Assembly: GCA_029260965.1 (NCBI GenBank)
Contig: JAJDCG010000002.1
Span: forward strand, 190,707 to 246,801
DNA length: 56,095 nucleotides
Source of the DNA: Candidatus Levyibacteriota bacterium
GTDB taxonomy: Bacteria; Patescibacteriota; Microgenomatia; Levybacterales; UBA12049
Reading direction: 5' to 3'
Part shown: positions 28,068 through 35,264 of the stretch, in pieces
Numbering within the stretch: position 1 is the stretch's first letter
How the letters are laid out: each line of letters opens with the position of its first letter
Notes under the pieces: model-generated
What the model saw: only the letters and a program-made list of their open reading frames with translations
Databases searched by the model: none
What the model was told of the DNA's origin: nothing
Position numbers and translations under genes: made by a program

Positions 28068-31000
28068 TTACTTTATTGACTCAGGGTCGATATCTTTCAT
28101 CCATCGTAACAACGAGTTAATTACTTTGTCTACCTCGCCATCTGCATCATGAGCAGCAGACTCTTGCATCCTGTTTCCTTGGAGTTCTGGAACGCCTTCC
28201 ATCTTCCAATCATCTTTTGAGATTTTGTATGTAGCAAGAAACATAAATTGAAGATTTGTTTTTTCTTCTCTTTCAGAGAAATGGTAAAGCTCTTTTTTTA
28301 TATCAAATCCACCAGTACTACATATACGTTTCCTGTATCTCAGTGAACCAATAACTATCATAAATTTCGATTTTGGTAGGTTTATATTAATTTTATCTTT
28401 TATAGTGGGTGCAGGATACTCTGCATCAAGAAACGTTATGTAACCTTTATCTTTCAGTTTTTTATTCAACTTTGTTACAAAAGAATTTTCTCCAACTGCA
28501 GCATCTGTTCCAGCAGAAGCATGACTAATAAAAATATCAACCGTCTGTTCCGAACCGATTTCGTTCATCCTGTCTCTGACAAGTGGATAAGTCCATACGA
28601 TAGTTTTACCATCAATAAACGCTAACGCATTTGCACTATCAACAACTTTTATAACCAAGTTATGTTTTGCACTCAGTTCAGAAATACGCTTTAACAGCCA
28701 GTTTATTTCTGGTACTTCAAGGTGTTGTTCTGCCCACGATTTCAATACTGTAAGGGCATCAAGAGATAAGAGGAATTCATCTCTTGCAACAAAGTCTATT
28801 ACTACGCTCCATAAGTAGGACGCATACTCTTTATGGTCAGGTTTTTCGACTAAAGTCAAAGAGAAATCCAAGAGGTCGATAAAACGGTCTAGATAGCCTT
28901 CGTCATCCAATTCAACAAGTGGCTTGGCAAATGATTTCGTATCAAGTTCCATCTCCAAGTTTCCAACTGAATGAGCGCCTTCCTGCCTACGGAATGGAGT
29001 TGCTGAAGACTTTAATGTGTCAAACCGCCATGCTATTGCGTTTTCATTGCGAAACACTGAAACTAGAAGTCCATTTGCCAAATCAGAAAGTCTACTTCTC
29101 GCATCGGGTGTCCAAAGTTTTTTGAGAAGCGTTTCGACATCAGCATCTTCTTTTGAAATATATTTCTCTAAATTTTCCAAAGCATATTCACGGTCATGAG
29201 CTGCAATCAGCGTGTCTTCAATAAATGAAATTAATACTTCTTTTGGCGATGACAATCCTGGTGAAACGCTTGCAAGATATATATATGTTTGAGGAATAAG
29301 GTATCGTAAGTCCTTTGTTTTATCGAGCATTATTTCATTCAATGGAGCCAAATCTTCATCAGATATCTCCCCCAGCATTTCTTTGAAATTTTTAAACTCG
29401 GAAAGATAAGAAAAAGGTACGAAGGTGAACAGTTTTTTTCGATTTTCTGGCTGCTGAAGTATGGCTGGGTTGAGTTCATGAATGACTTCAAGCACGGCAG
29501 GGAAATATGAAGCGATAGAGCTGATTGTGTATTCACCAGATTTTGTTTCTGGGTTGTTGTAGTGCATCTCGAGTTTGGCAGGGTCGATTTTTTCTAAATT
29601 ACTTTCCACAGCAAGTTTTAAGAGCCGTTCCTTTTCCGCCGAGGTTGCTTTTGTAAGTAAGAATTTTTTATTTTCAATGAAGTAACGAAAAACTTGAGGG
29701 AAGTATTTATCTTCTCCAGGACTTAGGAATTTCTGAAATTGTTTATAAATTTTATCGTTCTGTTCAGTTTGATAATCTTTTTGTTCCCGTGGTACGTTAG
29801 GGTCTGCAGTTACTCCCAGTTCAATACCTTTCTTGAGTACTGCATCTCCATCTGGATTTCCTGTATGTGGCGCAAGTCTTACCGCTTGGGCAAGTGCATA
29901 TAGTGCATATCCAGCATGGTGGTGCAGTTGGTCTTTAAAAATACCACGGAGTTTCTCAAGCTTTTCAGGCTTTAATAAAACAGAAAGGGTTCCTTCTATG
30001 TCATTAATAAATAAAATCTGTTGCTGCTCTTTGCCGAGGTCTTTTATTGTTTGAATAAATTCATCGAGGTATTCTGGCTCCCCATCTTGAATGATTAGGG
30101 CGGATTGCTGTAAAAACCAAGATTTTCCAGCGTCATAATTCCGTTCGCCTGTAAATGACGAGATAATTATCTTTTTAAGTAAAGAAATTATTTCTGCGTT
30201 TTTATATTTTTTAATGTTTTCGACTAAGGTATCGTCAGCTTGCTTGTCTTCTTTATTGAAAATTGACTCATTATCAAGGAACTCATGAATAAAGTCTGGA
30301 TTTATAGAAAACTGCCGAAGGAAATATTCAATTCCAGCCTGCGTATCTATAGAGTACAGTGCATTTCGTGCATAAATGTGAGCGGTGTCACTGGCAATCG
30401 CTTTAACAAAAACATCAATAGAGGCAGGCTCATTTGCATCTATTGCACGACACATACTTATAAAGGCTTCTCTTACTAAGGAGTCACCGCTATCTGCGTT
30501 CTTTTTTACCTGAAGAATAATATCAACCTCTCCTTTGAAGTTTTCGAGAGCTGCCATAGAGTGGCGATTGAGGACTTCATTTTCGTTAGCCTCGTTTGCG
30601 TAAGAGATAAGTTTCTCTTTCCAAAATTTTCTCTCAGCCTCATTAAGGAGCCTATTATTGTTTTGCAGCATGCCGTCAATTGTTGCGGCAATATTTCCTT
30701 TATGAACATATTCTTTATCATCAGAGTTTGCTTTTAACTCTTTATAAATTGGTTCGTCGATGAACTTATACAAGTTATGGTATACCCACACAGGAAGCCA
30801 AAATTTCTTATTTTGGTATCTGTTGAATACTAGGTAAAACAATTCTTTTTGCAGTGCAGAAGGAATTGCTTGAGGTGTAGTGAATATTAGCGTCTCTGCT
30901 ACTTGGTCAACTAAAGAGTCGTCATTCTTTGAAAGAAATTTTGCAGACCAGGTGGTATAAGTGTTTGCGTCCTGTTCTATCAAAAATCGAAAAACACCTG

Positions 31001-31568
31001 TCCATGAAGGTTTCAAAACGGGTGTTCCTGTTTGTTCAGAAACGACCAGATTTTCCATTTCTTCGATAGGTTTATCCTGGCTCAGAATATGGTCTGAAAC
31101 TAAAAACTCAGTTAAAGTATGATGAGCCCAAGTTACTATTTCGTCATTCTCTTCTGTTTTTCGAGATACAAATCCAATTTCTTCCAGGAATTCGAGAGTT
31201 AAAGTACTAGGTGCATTGATTTTACTCAGTACGTCAGAAAATTCTTTAGCTGGTAGCTGGTTTTTCTCTACTTGCTCAAAATAAAGACCAAGCTTTTGAA
31301 AAACTTCACGCAAGTTTTTATACTGGGGAACTGTTTTGTTAAAAAAGTAATAGTAATAATTAAAGCGAGAAAAGGTGTCGGGTTTAGTATCTTTTAAAAA
31401 TTCCTTGAGGACATTAAAATGCTTTGGATTAGAAATGAAGCTGTTGTACGCATCGTGAAACCAGAACTGCTCTATGACTGCATCGATAAGCTCATTGCTG
31501 TATCCGAGCTCTGATAATTCTTTCCTAATGTCTTCATTTGAGAGTAAATCTGGGTTGTCAAATAACAT
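28068..31568 (-). CDS. Large helical-repeat protein with STAND-like winged-helix motif and C-terminal TIR domain
   Basis: WAHHTLTEFL...SWTGVFRFL near the N-terminus; C-terminal DIFISHAS...GYITFLD...SKFMIVIGS...KKEL; likely start ATG 31568. Confidence 0.8.
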   Translation of the reverse strand: MLFDNPDLLSNEDIRKELSELGYSNELIDAVIEQFWFHDAYNSFISNPKHFNVLKEFLKDTKPDTFSRFNYYYYFFNKTVPQYKNLREVFQKLGLYFEQVEKNQLPAKEFSDVLSKINAPSTLTLEFLEEIGFVSRKTEENDEIVTWAHHTLTEFLVSDHILSQDKPIEEMENLVVSEQTGTPVLKPSWTGVFRFLIEQDANTYTTWSAKFLSKNDDSLVDQVAETLIFTTPQAIPSALQKELFYLVFNRYQNKKFWLPVWVYHNLYKFIDEPIYKELKANSDDKEYVHKGNIAATIDGMLQNNNRLLNEAERKFWKEKLISYANEANENEVLNRHSMAALENFKGEVDIILQVKKNADSGDSLVREAFISMCRAIDANEPASIDVFVKAIASDTAHIYARNALYSIDTQAGIEYFLRQFSINPDFIHEFLDNESIFNKEDKQADDTLVENIKKYKNAEIISLLKKIIISSFTGERNYDAGKSWFLQQSALIIQDGEPEYLDEFIQTIKDLGKEQQQILFINDIEGTLSVLLKPEKLEKLRGIFKDQLHHHAGYALYALAQAVRLAPHTGNPDGDAVLKKGIELGVTADPNVPREQKDYQTEQNDKIYKQFQKFLSPGEDKYFPQVFRYFIENKKFLLTKATSAEKERLLKLAVESNLEKIDPAKLEMHYNNPETKSGEYTISSIASYFPAVLEVIHELNPAILQQPENRKKLFTFVPFSYLSEFKNFKEMLGEISDEDLAPLNEIMLDKTKDLRYLIPQTYIYLASVSPGLSSPKEVLISFIEDTLIAAHDREYALENLEKYISKEDADVETLLKKLWTPDARSRLSDLANGLLVSVFRNENAIAWRFDTLKSSATPFRRQEGAHSVGNLEMELDTKSFAKPLVELDDEGYLDRFIDLLDFSLTLVEKPDHKEYASYLWSVVIDFVARDEFLLSLDALTVLKSWAEQHLEVPEINWLLKRISELSAKHNLVIKVVDSANALAFIDGKTIVWTYPLVRDRMNEIGSEQTVDIFISHASAGTDAAVGENSFVTKLNKKLKDKGYITFLDAEYPAPTIKDKININLPKSKFMIVIGSLRYRKRICSTGGFDIKKELYHFSEREEKTNLQFMFLATYKISKDDWKMEGVPELQGNRMQESAAHDADGEVDKVINSLLRWMKDIDPESIK

Positions 31569-31618
31569 AGTTTTCTGCGTATATTTTATCAAAATTACGC
31601 CTCGAGCGATATGGGGTG

Positions 31619-31631
31619 TGTAATCATTACA
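31619..31631. repeat. 13-bp palindrome TGTAATCATTACA, copy 2
   Basis: Identical to 27906-27918; lies between divergent genes. Confidence 0.8.
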
Positions 31632-31661
31632 TTCACACCTTTTCATTGAGATAATTAGGAT

Positions 31662-31807
31662 ATGGAAGAATTGACCATATCACTTAAACGAGGAAGACCA
31701 ACTAAGTACACCAAGGAAACACCACGACGTGTACTAAATTACATAAAGAGGTGCCAAGAAATTGGTGAATTTCCCACAATAGAGCACTTAGCGTCTGAAT
31801 TAGGGGT
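31662..31807 (+). pseudogene. N-terminal fragment of a phage terminase-small-subunit-like HTH protein, cut at the tRNA
   Basis: RGRPTKY...PTIEHLASELGV, then the frame continues into antisense tRNA-His to a stop at 31865. Confidence 0.55.
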
Positions 31808-31877
31808 GAGTGACGGGGATCGAACCCGCGGCATCCAGCTCCACAAGCTAGCGCTCTACCACTGAGCTACACCCACC
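31805..31877 (-). tRNA. tRNA-His(GTG)
   Basis: Encoded G-1, C73, CTAGC-TT-GTG-GA-GCTGG anticodon arm. Confidence 0.95.
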
Positions 31878-32027
31878 ATGTGGAAATTATATCAAATTTA
31901 GAGCCTACTTGAAAGGTAATCAGGTGTATTGATTTTTATAAGCTAAAATTTCCCTCTTGTCATTTATACCAATTTGGAGTTATTGTTGAAACAAGAGCAT
32001 GAAATCAGACCAGATCCATAATGGATT

Positions 32028-32059
32028 TTTACAAAAAACTTACAAACAAGGGATATAAT
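32028..32059 (+). promoter_or_regulatory. YTTACA direct repeats (11-bp period) 9 nt before TATAAT
   Basis: TTTACA 32028, CTTACA 32039, TATAAT 32054. Confidence 0.45.
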
Positions 32060-32083
32060 TAGCTTTTATTGATAGAAAGTGGT

Positions 32084-32455
32084 ATGAGCAAGGGAAAAAA
32101 GATTCTTGTAATAGATGATGATGAAGATATACTAAATGCACTTGGCATGCTGCTTTCTGGTGTCGGGTTTGATGTGACAACGTCTTCTACCCCAAATATT
32201 CTTGAATCTCTAGGGAAAGAATCTATACTCCCAGACTTGATACTTCTAGATGTAGTGCTGGTAGAAAATGATGGCCGAGAGTTATCAAAGAGATTAAAAG
32301 AAAAAAAGGAAACAAAACATATACCGATTCTCCTCATGTCTGCTCATCCAAATATAGCCGAGAGTGTGGAGGAATCAAAAGCAGATGGTTTTCTCTCTAA
32401 ACCTTTTCAGGTTGATCGGCTCCTGACTGAGATTGATAGATTTGCTTTGAATTGA
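32084..32455 (+). CDS. Single-domain response regulator receiver (CheY-like)
   Basis: ILVIDDD, PDLILLD, MSA, FLSKPF. Confidence 0.92.
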   Translation: MSKGKKILVIDDDEDILNALGMLLSGVGFDVTTSSTPNILESLGKESILPDLILLDVVLVENDGRELSKRLKEKKETKHIPILLMSAHPNIAESVEESKADGFLSKPFQVDRLLTEIDRFALN

Positions 32456-32503
32456 TGATTTTGATCTCTTGTTTTTCGTATAATTTTTACCTAGACTGTT
32501 AAG

Positions 32504-33811
32504 GTGAGTAAGGTTATTCTCCATATAGATTTTGATTCTTTTTTCGCAAGCGTTGCCCAGCAGGATAATCCAATCCTCCGTGGTCGTCCTATCGGAGTTA
32601 CTGCTACAAATGGCAGAACAGTTATCATAGCAGCCTCTCGTGAAGCCAAGGCGCTTGGAGTGAGGTCTCCCTCACGTACTTTTGATGCCCAAAAAATATG
32701 CCCTTCTATAATATTTGTAGCTGGAGATTTTAACCGCTATTGGAAAATAAGTAAAGCTTTTATAAACATTGTCCGTGAATACTCCCCCTATGTTGAGGTC
32801 TTCTCACTTGATGAAGTATTTATAGATGTTACGGCTACCCATCATCTATTCGGTGGTGTTTATCCTCTGATCGAGAATATAAAAAAACGCTTGAAGAATG
32901 AGATTGGAGAATATGTTACAGCTTCAGTTGGTATTTCTCATAATAAAATGCTCTCCAAACTCGGATCAGGAATGAGGAAACCCAATGGTGTTTTTGAAAT
33001 AAATAAAGACAATTTGGCAGATGTTTATAAAGAAGTAAAACTTTCTGATATTTGTGGAATAGGTCGCAGGATTGAAGCACGCCTAAATCAAATGGGTATC
33101 TATAGTCTTGTCCAGCTTTCAAAATGTCCGTTAAATTATTTAATTGCTGAGTTTGGAGAATCTGAAGGGCATTTTCTTTTCAATGTTGGTCGTGGTGTTG
33201 ATCCAAGCGATGTTATCCCTTATTCCCAATTTTTAGGTGTCAAATCAGTTGGTCGCAATTATTGTTTGAGCCAAAATGAATTTGATATGAGAAAAGCAAC
33301 TCAAAATGTTTATGAGCTTTGCGAAGAGGTTGCTTTGAAGCTCAGGCGTCTTGATAAAAAAGCAAGAGGCGTAGGATTTTATTTTCGTGGAGATAAAGAC
33401 ATTTCAGGACGAAAAACATTTGATAACTATATAGATAGTGGAAAAGAATTATTTGAAAGCATTCAGCTTATATTGAATCAGGAGTCAGGAATTAAAAATT
33501 ATAGCTATTCTTTCCTAATTCCTAATTCATTATTCATAAATCTTAATTATCTTCGTCAGGTCAATATTTGGACTTTTAGCTTGAAAGATGCAGACAGCGT
33601 GCCTTTATCTATTTTTGAAACAGAACAAAAAAATCAAAAAATCACAAAAGTTATTGACAATATAAATGAAAAATACGGAGATCACACGATAAGAAACGGT
33701 TTTCTTCTCTATGCTGATAAGCTAACCACGCTCCCAAACGGTTTTATGGCTGATAAATACGAAAGGCAAAAACTAGCAGAAGAAGAGCAGGCTAAGTCAC
33801 TTTTGACCTGA
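32504..33811 (+). CDS. dinB: DNA polymerase IV (Y family)
   Basis: HIDFDSFFASV, SLDEVFID, KPNG, ICGIG. Confidence 0.92.
   Translation: MSKVILHIDFDSFFASVAQQDNPILRGRPIGVTATNGRTVIIAASREAKALGVRSPSRTFDAQKICPSIIFVAGDFNRYWKISKAFINIVREYSPYVEVFSLDEVFIDVTATHHLFGGVYPLIENIKKRLKNEIGEYVTASVGISHNKMLSKLGSGMRKPNGVFEINKDNLADVYKEVKLSDICGIGRRIEARLNQMGIYSLVQLSKCPLNYLIAEFGESEGHFLFNVGRGVDPSDVIPYSQFLGVKSVGRNYCLSQNEFDMRKATQNVYELCEEVALKLRRLDKKARGVGFYFRGDKDISGRKTFDNYIDSGKELFESIQLILNQESGIKNYSYSFLIPNSLFINLNYLRQVNIWTFSLKDADSVPLSIFETEQKNQKITKVIDNINEKYGDHTIRNGFLLYADKLTTLPNGFMADKYERQKLAEEEQAKSLLT
33475..33546. repeat. Inverted heptamer tandem repeats inside dinB
   Basis: GAATCAG-GAGTCAG-GAATTAA ... TTCCTAA-TTCCTAA-TTCATTA-TTCATAA. 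Confidence 0.65.
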
Positions 33812-33832
33812 ACCTGCTCCACTTACATTTTA

Positions 33833-34087
33833 CTAAGCCCTGTGTGTAAACATCTGATAAATCCAGAGAAGGACAACAGCGCCCAGAATAGCAACAAATG
33901 TGCTATAAAAATTAAAACCAGTAACTCCTGGTTGCTCAAAAAAATTCATGATAAAGCCTCCCAGAAAGGCACCTATCACGCCTACTATTATATTTCCAAT
34001 TGCGCCCTGTTTTTCATTTCTACCCATGATTATGGATGCTATCCATCCGACTAGCGCTCCAAAAATTATCCAAAGTAAAATACTCAT
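33833..34087 (-). CDS. GlsB/YeaQ/YmgE family stress membrane protein
   Basis: WIIFGALVGWIAS...NIIVGVIGA...VAILGAVVLL; strong SD AAAGGAGGTGA. Confidence 0.92.
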   Translation of the reverse strand: MSILLWIIFGALVGWIASIIMGRNEKQGAIGNIIVGVIGAFLGGFIMNFFEQPGVTGFNFYSTFVAILGAVVLLWIYQMFTHRA

Positions 34088-34139
34088 AAAGTACGATTCA
34101 CCTCCTTTCTCAGAGTTTATCTCTGTTTAATCCCCATTT

Positions 34140-34343
34140 TTAAGGGTTTTGATTGACATTTACATCAATCTGCTCAGGTACTTGTATATTTGTTCCACCT
34201 GACTGTTGACCACCTCTCTGTAGAAGGGGTAGTCCGTAAAAAATAAATAAAATTATAAATAGAACTACTAGGATCATCCCCACGAAAAACCCCCCACCAC
34301 TATCCTTTTCATTTTGGGGAGGATTATTTACTATTGTTGCCAT
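34140..34343 (-). CDS. Small single-TM protein
   Basis: MATIVNNP...TM...VPEQIDVNV; SD AAAGGTGGTGA. Confidence 0.8.
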   Translation of the reverse strand: MATIVNNPPQNEKDSGGGFFVGMILVVLFIILFIFYGLPLLQRGGQQSGGTNIQVPEQIDVNVNQNP

Positions 34344-34379
34344 ATATTACATCACCACCTTTCTTTGCAAGATTCAACT

Positions 34380-34422
34380 AGCATATACCTATCTAGTAAG
34401 AGGGGTGTGAAGCTAATGTAAG
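34380..34422 (-). promoter_or_regulatory. Three 11-bp-period repeats 9 nt before the -10 (TATGCT)
   Basis: Minus strand CTTACA-N5-TTCACA-N5-CTTACT-N9-TATGCT. Confidence 0.45.
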
Positions 34423-34429
34423 AAAAGGA

Positions 34430-35251
34430 TTAGAAATTTTGTTCTGTAGAGCAAACGAAACGTGCTTCGTCCAAAATTTTCTCTTTATCCTCTCTGGATA
34501 TTGCTAATCTGTCGATAATTGATGAGTCACGGCATATATCCCTACACATAACAATACTATTCTTCAATAATTCGCTTTTGTTTTTTTCAGAGATGGTTGA
34601 TAGCGCAGTTATGGGATGAAGCCCAGATCTGTCAATCATATCTCTGAGTGAATCTCCATCAGGATAATTCCAGCTTATGACTTTCATTCCTACGCATTTG
34701 GCGTAGGTATTTACATCTATAGTTGTCTTGGTATTGGTTACGATCCACGCTTCATCAAATGCATGCTGTTCCTTTATGTCGTCAAATCTCGCCTTGGTAT
34801 ACAGAGCTACGTGTACTTGAGAGCGAGTTCCTGGATTGTTATGAAATTTTGCCTCAACCATACTTTTCTTGCCATCTTTTTCAGCAATTACATCAATTTC
34901 ATGTGATATACACTTTCCCATTATATTTTGTCTAACTTTTGTTTCATATCCCATGTCTTCAAGAATTTTTGCTATAAAGTCTTCAAACGGATAGCCTGTT
35001 GGACCCAGGTCCATAATCGATTGTTTGAGGCTGTATTTAGATTTTGCAAATGGCTCTGGAGATCTATCTAGAAATTCAAGAATATGACGGTATATTTCTT
35101 TTGTTGATATTTGATCTTTAAGTCGTTCTTGTATGTGTATGAGTGCCTCATCCTGAAGAGCTTTTGGTATTCCTGACCTTTTAATAGACGATAGAACTTT
35201 TTCCTGACTAAATGGTTCTGTTTCTCCGTTTGCTTTTACGACTGTAATCAT
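34430..35251 (-). CDS. ATP-cone + Mrr-like PD-(D/E)XK endonuclease protein
   Basis: VVKANGETEPF ATP cone; FEDFIA, EIDVIA, VEAKFH, VTNT. Confidence 0.85.
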   Translation of the reverse strand: MITVVKANGETEPFSQEKVLSSIKRSGIPKALQDEALIHIQERLKDQISTKEIYRHILEFLDRSPEPFAKSKYSLKQSIMDLGPTGYPFEDFIAKILEDMGYETKVRQNIMGKCISHEIDVIAEKDGKKSMVEAKFHNNPGTRSQVHVALYTKARFDDIKEQHAFDEAWIVTNTKTTIDVNTYAKCVGMKVISWNYPDGDSLRDMIDRSGLHPITALSTISEKNKSELLKNSIVMCRDICRDSSIIDRLAISREDKEKILDEARFVCSTEQNF

Positions 35252-35264
35252 AGATTTATTATAG

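Larger units (their letters stand above)
27906..31807. mobile_element. Putative island or prophage remnant at the tRNA-His 3' end
   Basis: TIR-domain gene, phage-like HTH fragment abutting the tRNA and short repeats shared by both flanks; no integrase present. Confidence 0.5.

Noticed and set aside
31569-31646. 26-aa extension of the TIR protein (MKRCEC...)
   Set aside because: Runs through the palindrome and the likely promoter; ATG 31568 is preferred
31808-31865. C-terminus of the 67-aa ORF as real protein sequence
   Set aside because: It is the antisense of tRNA-His
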